64,000 nt of DNA from Octopus vulgaris. Taxonomy: Eukaryota. How positions within the stretch are numbered: position 1 is the first letter of the stretch; each line of letters opens with the position of its first letter. The DNA lies in NCBI GenBank assembly GCA_951406725.2, contig OX597820.1:83390001-83454000 (forward strand). Direction: 5' to 3'. Positions 1 through 13,141 of this stretch are shown piece by piece. Below the pieces are notes generated by a model. That model did no database searches. It saw nothing but the letters and a program-made list of their open reading frames with translations, and was not told where the DNA came from. Made by a program: the position numbers and the translations under genes.

Positions 1-64
1 CATAAATACATACCTACTCACATGCGTGCATACATACATTCACACATATACACATACATACATA

Positions 65-237
65 CATGGTTAGGAATTTGCGGGGAGGAGTAAGTTGTCT
101 AAATTGACTCCAGTACTGAACTGGTACTTATTCTATAGAAAAGATGAAAGTTAAAGTCGACAGTATGTACAGACAGACGAAATGCTGGAAAGCATTTTGC
201 TCGGCGTGCTAGCGGTTCTGCAGTTCACCGCCTTTGC
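65..237 (-). mobile_element. tRNA-derived SINE, family A (MetaSINE-like central domain), internally deleted
   Basis: Reverse complement begins aaggcggtgaactgcagaaccgctagcacgccgagc and contains gtcgactttaactttcatc...aagtaccagttcagtactgg. It matches the better-preserved copy at 35775-36008. Confidence 0.8.
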
Positions 238-659
238 TATATGATATCAAAAATGATTATTCTTAATGAAGTAAAAGTTCAGTAATTTTGGATGGAAGAA
301 GTCAGCTTTCTTAATACTTTTCTCGCTGTATTGGGTGTTCGTGCCTCTCTTGCATCTGTTGTGCTTATTGTTGATCTTCTAATGAAATTATATTCTTTGT
401 TTTCCTGCATTTATTTACTCGATATGAGAAGATACGTTGCAGAACTGTTATTTTAACGAGTCATATCTATTTGCCACCCACAGAGATGCTCCTGAACCAG
501 TTGTTAAGTATCCCACACATGAGGGATCGATACTAGATGTGTGGAAACAGTTGTGATTAATAAAAATCATCGTATCTTCCTTTTTTCATTTATGAAGCAC
601 ATCCACCCACATACACATACATATATACATATATATGTGTAAATATACATATATATGTA

Positions 660-1005
660 TGTATGTCCAGCAAAGCTGGACTCAAGAGTCATCTTCGTAG
701 TCATAAAGCGAGACAGATGAGTGACAACATGGCCACTGGTGGTGGTGTAACACTCCATACTAATCATATCTGTCGGGCATGTAGAAGAGAGAGTAATTCG
801 GCAGGAGGACTTAAACGACATGCAAAGGTACATCAAGCCCAGTTACAACTACAGCCGACTATTACCGGTAAAGGTTTTAGTTGCCAATTCTGTAAAACAT
901 ATTGTAGATCTTTAGCTAGGCTAAAAAGTCACATTTGATCACACCACCAGTAACAGTTAAGCTTCGTGCAATGGCCATACTCGATAACGAGGGGGCAGCC
1001 ATCAT
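660..1005 (+). mobile_element. 5'-truncated RTE-like LINE 3' end: C-terminal zinc-finger-like repeats plus short 3' UTR
   Basis: ORF 663-938 carries SKAGLKSHLRSH, CRAC..SAGGLKRHAKVH and CQFC..CRSLARLKSH, which resemble the CxxC..SxxGLxSH motif at the end of RTE ORF2. It ends in ...gagggggcagccatcat and is embedded in TA/TATG microsatellite. Confidence 0.6.
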
Positions 1006-2091
1006 ACGTATATATATATATATATATATATACGCACACAAACACATGAATATATATATTATATATATATATATTTATACATACGCACACACATACCTAT
1101 ATATATATATATGTATATGCGTCTCTATGCGTGTTTTGTATGTATGGATGTATGTATGTACGTATATACACGTGCATGCCCACATGAATGTATGCATATA
1201 TGTACGTGTATATGTATATATGTTCATATATTTGTATGTGTATCTACGGATGTTCGTGCGCGCACATATCTGTATAAGTATATGTGTGTTCGAGCATGCG
1301 TATGTATATAGATGTTTATGTGTGTGAACGTACATGTGTAAGTATGTGCGTATTCTTATAGGTCAGCCAAAGACAATCGCAAGTGTAACCTACCATAAAT
1401 AATAAATCAACAGTACAACGAAATAAAATGCTAATCCTTTTAAAACGACAATCCCTTTAACAGTAGCAAATCCGCAATCGCATTCCATCCATACGTTCAA
1501 AGCAGTTTACTGGCAGACCTTCAGCCACGACATATTACTTGATACATTCAGTTGCTATAACTCACAGGTAACGGCAGACAAATAGGATGGTTTTGAAGCC
1601 GAGAATTTCAGTTTACGGAGACAATATTTATATACCGCGTGAGGAAACACAAGCTCTCATAATTCAAGGAAACGGTTATATAACACAATGCCCTCAACCT
1701 TGGAGAACTACGTTGCGTAGTAACAATTTTAGTAATTGTAAATATATGACCAACCGTATACTTGTCTCCAACTTATTCAATTATCTATTTACACACTAAA
1801 GAAGCCTAAATACAATTCTTTAAGTACGTAAAATACGACTACTTGATAAGCAGCGGGCGAAATAAGAAGGTGGGCGAGCTTTATACAGAACTGTACTAGG
1901 TTCAGAAAAATCAAATGATTTTGTTTTTAAAATATTTCCATAGTATTCAAAAGCAAGGGGTATTTTACTTGTTTCTGCCTGTCTCTGTCACCCTTTTTAT
2001 TTTTTCACTCTTGTGGCTTAGAGGTAGTTATGAATTCTTGTCTTTGATTGTTTAAGCAGCAGAAGTAGTAAAGGAAGGGGATAACAGAGTG

Positions 2092-2170
2092 GAAGAAGAA
2101 GAAGAAGAAGAAGAAGAAGAAGAAGAAGAAGAAGAAGAAGAAGAAGAAGAAGAAGAAGAAGAAGAAGAAA
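2092..2170. repeat. (GAA)n microsatellite
   Basis: Direct reading of about 26 GAA units. Confidence 0.95.
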
Positions 2171-2335
2171 AGAACAGAAAGATTAAAAAGAATGCATGAG
2201 TGGTATGATGTTAAATGGTCAAGCGCCTTCAAAGTGACACGTTGTGGAAGATAGATGTGATGGGATTGTTTTTAATGAATTCTTGAGGTATCTCTTTCAA
2301 TGCATAGTTTTACATATTTGCGTGACTATATATAC

Positions 2336-2432
<97 letters not shown>

Positions 2433-5400
2433 TACATATATATATTTGAGTAATTGAATGAATTATCTTATTAAGGATAATTCGAAAGATAACCGATACA
2501 TGGGTTGCAATTTCACATCAGAAAGAACACGGTTGAAGCTACGTCCCTAGGGCATTTTAAAATAAATATATATATATATAATACTCTTCATCTTTAGTTA
2601 CATTCTTGAAAATGAAAGACTGGAAGAAACAGTGCTATGTGTTTAATTGTAAGACACTCTAATAACTGATAAGAGTGTCATCGCCATGAATATTTAACGC
2701 TGATGCAAGCATACAAATGATGGCGATAGACTTCGTCTAGAGAAGTGTGAGGCGCTGCTGTACTGTACAGCATGAGTTTCGAGGTTTCCACAAAATATAA
2801 TGCCGATTATTAACGCGAAATAAAAAAAAAAGATATATAAAATAGGCTTAAAATATAAGGCTTTATACAAATCAATAGATAGGTTACCTTAATCAGTTAT
2901 AATTACAAAGAAAGAAAAGTACTTACCATGAATTCATACGTAAAAGTAGCGGTGCGAATAAGCGAAAAACAAACGTTATTTTGGGGAAGTAACGCCTTCT
3001 CATGTGTGCGAATGTATCTTTGTCTCATTTCTTCAGTTATACCTCACAAAAATGGTGATGGTTGCATTATATGATTAAGTGCTAATATGGTAGAATCGTA
3101 CCGTAGTGCAAAAAATGTTTAGTAAAATTTCTTCAAGCTCTTTACCTGCTGTGGTCAGTTGCTGCCGTGATAGAATTTGTCTTTCCTCCATTCGGAGTCG
3201 ATTAAATATTTAATAGTTGAGCAATAAACTTCTCATTAACTTCAAAAGGTGCTGGCCTTTTGCCATAATTTACATAGTGCTGGAGAGATATTTAGTAAAA
3301 CTGATTTCAAGTGTTGCTTGCTATACAGAAGAAACTTTGTTCTCAATTAGAATGCATTTGAGAAAGGTATCTGAGGTTACCTTCTTTCTCACAGTTTCCA
3401 GATGCAAATAAAAGAGTGCTCATGTCTTCTTTTTTCTATCTGAAATTAACTTTCTGCCCAAGTTGTTTGTGAAAGGCATCAACTGTATCAACCCAACATA
3501 TCTCTTCGTAATGGTGGATTCCGCAAAGTCTGTTAACGCAAATCTCACGCAAGTATTGTTAAAAAAAATGAGAATAAAAGTTCTGACGATATGTCGATCT
3601 TTCTTTATCGTACATTTTCCTTTTCATCATTCGCTCTTTTCATGCTCAGTTATTGACAATAATGCTCTATTTATATGAAAATATATTTAGCTTTTCGATT
3701 AAGTTGATATTTTATTTCAATATGATGTGGAATATTGTTTGAATTATGTGCCCAAAGAGAAATGTTAAACATTTGTAATTGTTGCCTATCTCAGTGAAAT
3801 CAATTATAGAGATGACAACTTGTTATTAGAGAAGCTTCTAGCTGTCAACGACTGAGTGTATTTATTGCATTGTCAACATTACGCTTATGGTAGATACAGT
3901 AATAGAATTATTAGTATAATACAGATATAGTAATAAAATAGATCAAACGGGGCAAGTGTTCTGTGTTTGACGTTCTTCTCTTCCATATCAACAATGATTG
4001 CGTTATAATCCAGATTTTTAAGACACGGTCATCATGATTTCTTACATAGTGTACTTTGGAAAATATTGTTTACTGCGTTGCTTACGTAATTGGGTAGATT
4101 TTTGTTTAGGGAGAATTGAGTGTTCATTTATGCAGGTTGACTGACGCCATAGAGTCTCTTTTATAGTTTCACAGGTTTTCCAATGCGTTGGAGGTGGTGT
4201 GTAAATCTTGTGCTGTTATGAGTGAAACAAATTTGCCTTTCGAATATTTACATTCACTTGGCAGTTGATATACACTAAAAGTAAATGGGTATCTCATTTA
4301 TTAAAGAAAGGCCTCTTTTAGTAGGATACAAATGTCATAACTGAGTGGTTGTTTGGTGCGGGTGGCAGGATTAGACGTGGGAACAACTGATAATAAGATA
4401 TTCGCTACGCAATCATCAGTCGTCTGATGCGATTGCTCGATAGCGTCTTACCTGGAGTAAATTTTACTATTGACTTAGCTGATCTAAATTATTGCGAAGG
4501 GACTATGGTTTGAGGAGAAATATGCCGTAACTTTTCGGATGGATGGTAACTGTAATTCAAATGTCCATAATTGTTACGTGTTCATGTAAGGTTCCATGTA
4601 AGGTTAGGATGAGAATTACGTGAAAGGTTAAATAATGACCAACCATATCAATTTAAAATATATATATATATCCCAGTTTACAGACCAGCGAAATATCCAT
4701 CGCAGAACTGTCAACGTCTTTTTCAATGGTTATATTTTGTAAAGGAAAAGGCTCAGTCATTCATTCTAAGTAGCTTTCAATACAGTATGAAAGTGAAGCG
4801 TCCAATTTTGTCTACACGACTACTCGTTTCACTGTACTCGCTATATATTGCGTTGAAACACATATATCATATGGAAGACATATAAGCATAGTGAAATACA
4901 TGAATTAAGCACATGTCCATGAGTTAATTGTGGTATAATATCCATGTGCAGCTCCGGAATTTTTGTGATATAAAGCAGTTGCTAATAATGGCTTTAGCTG
5001 CAACATTCTAAGCTGTCCATTTTCACATGAAAGCCCAAATAAATTACTGCTTTGTTTTTGTGTAGGAGTGGCGTCCTTGCATGTTATTTTAGAAAGTGTT
5101 TAAACAGAAAATAATACTGATTAACATTTTAGGTAGAACATTGTAATATTGTGGTACTTTATACAAAGGTGTTTGACAACCAAATATAAACATAAATAAA
5201 GCTGTCCCAGACGTCCACGTAAAACCAAATGCTACTCTTCCTAAAATAGGTTATTTGGGATAATTCCTACTTTACTTAAAACATATACAATTTTTGTTGT
5301 AGCCCCAATAATGGGTCCATTCTCAATCGTATCATTTCTCTCTCTCAGATTTCACAATTGTTAATCTCAAATGTATCCTTCCATATCTACGTTGGTGTTT

Positions 5401-6299
5401 CTATACGCACGCCCTTTCACAAAAAATATTTTCTCAACAATTTTAAAAGTTATATGCACAACTACCTAAAGCAAAAATACAGAAAAGAAACTTGCATACA
5501 TTGGAACAACATTGATGCTGTACGCTGACTATAACACAAGTTTCGTTTCCAAACAGCGCCAAACCAAAACTATTGTTCTCAATTCCCATGCGATCAATGT
5601 CTGAACACTTGTCTACATCATCAAACCGGCATGTTGATTCGCACAAAAACACTCCTGTAAAATCACACACATGCATTTATACTACACGTCAAGATATAGC
5701 CCCTTCCCAAAACACACTAATTAATGCCATCTCATTTATTTTGTGTTGTTTAAGTATCTGAAGACGTGTAAACAACCCACAATATTCACATGCAATCAAA
5801 ATTGCACTCAGTTGCCTGTTACTAAACGCACAACAAGACTAAAACATGCAACTATATACATGCTACTACCGCTATATCTGAGTGTAGCTAATACAAAGTC
5901 ATCTTGGTTTCTAGGCATTGATCTTATAGCTCTCTATTTCCTACCAAATTCTATCAGATAATATTTGTTAATCTTATTTTGTCCACTAACATTCCTCAAA
6001 TCATGTTTTTTGTTTCCTAGTGTGGCATCTTTTTCTAATATTAACATTAACTAAGACAGGCGTGAGCCTCCCATCTACTATAGTAAAATTGACCTTCTAC
6101 TACATCGAAAGGCTGTTAAGTTTTTACAGCTGCTGTTTGATGCCCGCATTATCCCATTAGTATCCTCCCATGGGTTTGATACCTGCTTTATTTATCCCTT
6201 ATTTATATGTCTTTACGCACGCACCCCTTAACCACTCTGGAGATGATGTCAAGGCTACCATCATTGATGAGGAACTTTCTTCCAGTGCTATATAGTCGT

Positions 6300-6390
6300 T
6301 TATTCTTCTTTCTTTTATTTGTTTCAGTAATTTAATTGCAGCCATGCTGGAGCACCACATTTAGTCGAACAAATCGACCCTCAGACTTAC
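6300..6390 (-). mobile_element. SINE family B 3' tail fragment
   Basis: tttgtttcagtaatttaattgcagccatgctggagcaccac...tagtcgaacaaatcgaccc matches 17550-17640. Confidence 0.7.
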
Positions 6391-6554
6391 AGCATAACAT
6401 GGTCCACTATAGTCTCTGGCCCTCCATACCAGAGCGAACATGCTACTTGTTGGCTATGTTTGAAGGAATCCCTACAAATTTTGTGATATAGCGCTACCTT
6501 TATTTTCACGTAGAACGCATTTTAAATCTTCGATCACCCGGGAAAATGACTAGT

Positions 6555-7000
6555 GGCATTTTGCCCGGCGTGCTAAATATTCTGAACGCTCACCACCTTA
6601 TGTCACATATATAATGATGATTTCAAATTTTCAAATTATACCTTTAATTTCAGGAGTGATATTGTTCGATTATATTGACCCTAGTGTTCAACTGGTACTT
6701 ATTTGATCGATCCCGGAATCAGGAAAAGCAAAGTCGACCACGGTGAAATTTGAATTCAGAATGTAAATACGAGAGAAATGCCGCACAGCATTTTGACGGC
6801 GTGCAAACAAATCTGCCAGCTCAACGCCCTTGATACACAGGTTTCAAAATTTAGTACAAGGCCAGGGGAAGGATAAGTCGATTACATCGGCTCGAGCACA
6901 CAGCTAGCACTTTTATCAAATCCGGAAATGTGAAGATGGACGAAATGCCGCTAAGCATTTTGTCATGTATGCGAACGATCCTGCCAGTTTACTATCTTAG
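6555..7000 (-). mobile_element. Cluster of about three tandem SINE family A copies/fragments
   Basis: Repeated gcattttg(cc)cggcgtgc..., aactggtacttatttgatcgatcccg and aaagtcgacc motifs at about 6555-6600, 6660-6830 and 6860-7000. Confidence 0.75.
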
Positions 7001-7286
7001 ATGCACACATAATATAAAATGATTTTATCTATTGATGAAATTGTATTTTAATAGATTTGTTTATTGAGAAAAGTAACTGAAATATGTTATATACATATTC
7101 TATTCACCATATGATGTATGTATTATATTTTTGTGTAGTATATCGAAATGTTTAAAAGTATACATTTTTGTAACAGCCTCTGTTTAAGATCTTTGTAGCC
7201 TTATATATTTTAACACACCTCTATACAAATATACAAACAAACGCAACGCACACAACATCAATACTCGCACTGTCTCTGCCTCCCTG

Positions 7287-7318
<32 letters not shown>

Positions 7319-7324
7319 GCACAT

Positions 7325-7357
<33 letters not shown>

Positions 7358-8314
7358 TACAAACTCATCTATATATATATGTAGAAAAACTGAGAAACAG
7401 GTGTCAGTAATGTATTTATCTGAGTTGTATACACAAATTACATGATGTAATACATGTTTCATCTTTGCACCTGTTTCAGTTAATCCATCACTTGTTGATA
7501 AAACCATACACATTGTGAAAGAAAGTCTGATATTATGTTGATATAATATATATAACTAGCTACAGGTTTTGTAAATAAAGCAGAGAGAAATAATGGTTGA
7601 TTTGTAATTATACACACATACATACTCGCATGTATATGTATTTGTATATATATATATGTACAAATTCATATAAATTATCATTATCTTTAAAACCATAATG
7701 ATAAAGTGGCCAGGAGGAGAATGTGCAAATATACTAAAACACAAAAGTCGTCGCTACTTGTAAGGCTACAAAATGGTGGGTAGATATCCCAGTATCAATT
7801 GATTTCGTTTTCTCTGCCGAATTGACACTTAATGCTCATTAGCTACGCTTATTACTTAAACTATTTAAAAAAAATATATTTACCTTTCTGTGTGCATCTA
7901 TTCCGCGACTTCCAAACGAATATTAGTGAGCAAGTATAAATTCAAAATTCAAATAAGATATCATTATCGTTAAAAAAAATAGTGATAAAGAGGTGAGCAA
8001 ATATAATCCAAATAGGCAAAATACAATATGCACCAATCTGCTAGACAGAAGAGTTAATATTCTCCTAAGCCACACATATCTCACTATATGCTTTTTTCAG
8101 TGCATTTGCCTCATTCTCTCTGCGTGTTTACATATAGTAAGAGATGCGTGGTTTAGGAGAGTTTTAACTCTTCTTTCTAGCAGACAGGAACGTATTGAAC
8201 CCCGACTTTTAATATATATTTTGTATATCTATATGTGTATAGAAATATACATAGATACATACATACACACACACACACATACATATAGATATGTGTATAT
8301 GTATATCCTTATGT

Positions 8315-8517
8315 ATATTCTTTTACTCATTTACTTCTTGCAGTCGTCTGACTGCGGCCATGATGGAGCACCGCCTTTAGTCGAAGAAATCGACCCCAGG
8401 AATTATTCTTTGTAAGACTAGTACTGTCTATTTTACCAAACTTTTAGTTTACGGTGATGTAAACACACCAAAATCAGTTGTGGGGCGATGATGGTGGGAC
8501 AGACGCACACATACACA

Positions 8518-8559
<42 letters not shown>

Positions 8560-8579
8560 TATAGATATTTATATATAAC

Positions 8580-8635
<56 letters not shown>

Positions 8636-8660
8636 GTATATAAATATCTATATATGAAGT

Positions 8661-8700
<40 letters not shown>

Positions 8701-9092
8701 AGGAGCAACACTGTCTCTACGGCTCCATAATTTGAAATGACTAAACATGAATTGCTATTGGAACTTACATACTATGAGCAGGAAATTTTTTTACCACTTC
8801 TATACACAATGATACACGAATAATGGAACTGAAACTACAATATCTTTATATATCTTATTTCTACTTTCATTCCCCTATTTCCCTTTATATTCCTTGTCAT
8901 TTCCTTTTCCGCAATAAGTCGAACTCAAATATTTATTTTCTCACACCCTCTCTGATGAAGGGATATCCATAATATCCCATAACTGAAAATCTATTTCATT
9001 ATAGATGTCCTGAAAAGACCTAAAACCCATAGCTTTGTTATCTCATTCTGTCTAATACATACATACATACATACACACATAAAAAATACACG

Positions 9093-9123
<31 letters not shown>

Positions 9124-9268
9124 GTTTCCGTCTACCTAATCCACTCACAATTTTTTGCTCGACCCGAGAATATAGGAGGCACTTGCCTATGGCGCCAAGC
9201 ACTAGGGCTGAACCCGGAACCATGTGTATGGGAAGCTACTTTCGTACCACACAGCCACGCCTGCGCCT
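8315..9268 (-). mobile_element. SINE family B split into tail (8315-8505) and tRNA-like head (9123-9268) by an expanded TA microsatellite and a nested insertion
   Basis: Both parts match the contiguous copy at 17550-17947, in the same order and orientation. Confidence 0.7.
8700..9055 (+). mobile_element. Probable decayed Penelope-like pLTR with degenerate hammerhead motif
   Basis: ctgatga at 8952-8958 is followed by gggatat, which can pair with atatccc (8972-8978) or with atgtcc preceding gaaa (9012-9015). Stem III is not intact. The segment is flanked by TA/CA microsatellites. Confidence 0.4.
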
Positions 9269-9353
9269 CTCTCTCCTCTCTATCTCTCGTCTCTCGTCTC
9301 TCTCTATCTCTATATATGTTTGTAGTTATGTATATGTATATATATACATATAC

Positions 9354-9395
<42 letters not shown>

Positions 9396-9436
9396 GCATA
9401 TATATATGTATACGTTTATATAGATATATGTATATG

Positions 9437-9493
<57 letters not shown>

Positions 9494-9514
9494 GTGTGTG
9501 TGTGTATGTTTATT

Positions 9515-10130
9515 TATTCGTTTGCTTTTTTCAGTCATTTGACTATGACCATACTGGCGCAAGGCCTAAAGTTGCTTTTAGTTGAGCAAACCCCAGTATT
9601 TAATCTGTCATTTTTGTACGGGAACATAAACACACCTAGAATCGGTTGTCAAGCGATGGCAAAGGGACATGCGCAGACATGTTCACATACACACACACAC
9701 AGAAACATACATGATACATACATATACACATACATACATACATACATACATACATACATACATACATACATACATACATACATACATACACACATACATA
9801 CATACATACATAAATGCATGCATACATACGTACATATCAAATATATACGTATATATAATCGGATTAGAGTTTGTGTTAATTTCATGAAGGGATTGCATCA
9901 TCGAAGGAGAAACTGGTTCAATACCTAGTCCGTTTTGGGAATTAATTTCCTTAAAAATAATAGCATATAGTTTAAATTCGTATAAAAGAAGGAAAAGAAA
10001 AATGGATATTGGGAAGTGAATAATAAACAATTATTAGTTTCCCAATCTCCATTTTCTTTTACCAAATCCACTCTATAGGATTTGGTAGGTCCGAAGCTAT
10101 AGTAGAAGACACTGGGCCAAGGTGCCATAG
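9515..10130 (-). mobile_element. SINE family B tail (9515-9700) and partial head (about 10030-10130)
   Basis: tcagtcatttgactatgaccatactgg...cggttgtcaagcgatgg and accaaatccactc...tagtagaagacactgggccaaggtgcc match family B. Confidence 0.65.
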
Positions 10131-11009
10131 ACACACGCACACACATACACACGCATACACACACACACACACTCACATTCATTTAGTTTCAGTAGCGAAA
10201 TTGGGAAAATTGCGTGCTCTTCAAGAGGAAAGTACGCCGCGCTACATTCTGAAAGTGAAACCACTTCTTCATGATCGTGAGCTGAAACCAAACATATCCA
10301 CAAACATATTTGCCTGCACACGAAGACAAAGTTATTTAACACACGCATTTACATACTCGCGTACAGTCTGATGTGAATGGTCATAATTATATTTATGCAG
10401 AATAATAATCGAAACATTTGAAGTTCTATCCATAAAGTTTCTATTAACATCTATTTTCAAATAGAATCACTATCGTAAACCAGATTTTCTCTTCCTTCTT
10501 CGGACCGATATAATTTCGGAGAAGATAGAGTTATAATGTATTAGTTATCTCCAAGATCGCATTGATAACTTGTTGTGTGATGAGATATTTGTGAACCCAT
10601 ATCTGTAGTATCAACGCCAGATTGTCGATGGTGAGTGTGTCTTTGATCTCTATAAATGTGTAGCAGATAAAATGGCTTCATATAGAAGAATGCATATCAA
10701 GTATTGAATTAAATAATTGAATGATGAGGATGTTTAAAGTTGATAATTTGTAGGAGGACGAATGCACGTTCATATCTAATTTTTACTGTACTCTTTGGTT
10801 ACTGCATCATTATTAAGTCTGCATGGTCAAATATATTCAGCTGTTGTCTACCCAGCCATGCCCATCTCACATTTATTTTTTCTTTGTAAGCATGACATTT
10901 CTAGATCTGCATCATTCAATATATCATTACATCTCTATAGATGAGTGTAATCGGAAGAAATCTTGGCTGCCATTTCCAACCGTATGAATAATCACATACA
11001 GGCTAGCAT

Positions 11010-11440
11010 GTATAGTAGTAGTAGTTCTTGCTGTCGTTTTATTTTTTTTTCGTTTTTCGACATAACTCAGACCAAACAACAAGTCATGACCACATTCGCT
11101 ATAATGACTGTATATATAGAACCATATCATACAACCTGTTCTTCCTTCTGTGACATCGCAGTATGTTATTTGGATAAAATTCGATAGCTTTTTTTCTGTC
11201 AGGTTGTATTACCAATTAATTGTAGTAGTAGTAGTAGTAGTAGTTGTTGTTGTTGTTGTTGTTATTTTCATTCTTGTTTTGCGACATAACTCAGACCAAA
11301 TCAAAAGACATAACACAGTTGCTCTAATGATAGTATATATAGAACTATATCATGCAACATCTTCATTATTTTGCGACATCGTAATATGTTATTTGGATGA
11401 AGTTTGGTAGCTTTTTTCTTTCAGGTTGTATGACCAGTTA
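11010..11440. repeat. Diverged tandem duplication, period about 224 bp
   Basis: cgacataactcagaccaaa...tcaggttgta occurs at about 11059-11218 and 11282-11440. Each copy is preceded by a (GTA)/(GTT) tract. Confidence 0.85.
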
Positions 11441-12619
11441 GTGTTTCTATTTTCTCTTATTTCTAAGGAAGATGTTGCAGGGCGGTATATTCTACTTTAA
11501 TTAGACAGGTTTCATTCTCCGAATATTTCATAAATTTCCACAGACATCCAGCTTCAGAGCAAGAACTTTGTCACACAGATTTACCAAATTTTCCAAGTCT
11601 ATTTTAATACATTTTCTTCTCTACATTCTGCAACAACGAAATCTAACTGAATTTACAAATCACAGTAAGAATGACTTCGTAGCTGTTAGAGTACTAGAAA
11701 TATTAAAATATTTGTAATTTTACTTTCAAGTTGTGTTGGCGATAACAGACGTATATTTGAATAAGTGTTTCCCTTTATAATCTTTATGAAAGTTAAGGTT
11801 TCAGACAGAATAACTTGAAGTATATGTTCTGATTCTTGAGCTGCAACTCAAAAGAAGTCAACTTTATATTTTATACTTGTTAGGCGACAAAATAAGGTAA
11901 GCGCTTGAAATTGAGATTAATAAAATTAACGGTTACTATGATTGAAATTTGAAACCATTTTATATAAGATATTGTGTTTATAATTTAGGATTGTAATTCT
12001 CAGAAGTAGAGTGATTAAGAAGTATTCCAGCATTTCTAGTTTCAAAGCTTGCGTAACAATAAGCTTTGTTTTCTCAACTGTCGATTTTTGCTTAGAAAAG
12101 TGTACAAAAAAGTGTACAATAATATTCCAGTATCAACACCGAAAATATGAATCATTAAGAAAAAGTTGAATTCGTCGCGAATTGAAATTAAAATAGAAAA
12201 CCTGAACAAAATACTTTAAGGTTTTAGGCAAAAAACATTTAATCCAAGCACTAAATTTTCGGCCAATTCTGTTCCTCCCAGTCGTTATATTCTCAATATA
12301 ACATTATGAAGTGATATGTATCGTATGTACATGCGTATCACCATATCTGTGTGACAAACTAAATTGCATTCAAAAACTGTTTTCTGCCTGGTCAATGATA
12401 TCGAGGAGTATATATAGATATGTCAAAGGCTAAGCGTTATAGTAAACAAATTACCATTTTGTTTGAAGTATAGAATCTCACTGTATTGTTTATCAGATAT
12501 ATCCTTTATATTAGTTCATGCTTAGAGATTGTTCGGATTTAATTTTATGATTTTGTATCTCTGTTTTTTTTTGTTTTTTTTTCTATGAACATCTCGATAT
12601 ATTAGTTAAGAGTCAACAG

Positions 12620-13141
12620 CGATGGAAAGCATAAATATTAATGCTGTTATTGAGAAAAAAGCGGATATCGAGGACTGGAAGCCATCGGAATTTTGAAACA
12701 GAGCTTACTGTATCATGATGATTCGCGCCAAGTGTCAATATGATATAGGACGTAATATGGCCGTTTGAAACGGAGATACGAAACAATGATCAGCAGGAAG
12801 GGACACTGTGGGCATACCAAGATTCGTCCCCATACTTTTGAAAATGGTCTAAGGCTCAATACAGATGGATGGCTAGGCTATGTGAAGCTACCGGAGACTA
12901 TAAACAGACCCTGACTGGAGAAGATTGACTCTCGAAAGCAATATGCGTGGTAGCTGTATTGGGCTACTTGCCGAAGTATGCAAAGTGGTAGATGAGGGTG
13001 GCTTATTTGAGTATACAGTTATCTACCAGCCATAATCTAGTTGATATGTTAAGATTTTTTTTTATACTTTCATCTCTGGATGAGATATTTTACTTTATTT
13101 TCCTTTTATGAAAACCGTCCAATTTAAACCAGCAGCCTGTA
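12620..13141 (+). mobile_element. Highly degraded Tc1/mariner-superfamily (maT/DD37D-like) transposon remnant
   Basis: Translated fragments PHTFENGLRLNTDG and P*LEKIDSRKQYAW*LYWATC resemble the maT-type P.LF..GL..N...Y...PW......PYVWQQDSAP.H region. The segment ends in ...cagcctgTA. Confidence 0.5.

Noticed and set aside
3950-4450. Possible Penelope ORF N-terminal remnant and ctgatga motif on the minus strand
   Set aside because: The protein resemblance needs a frameshift and is weak. The motif has GAAT rather than GAAA and no convincing stems.
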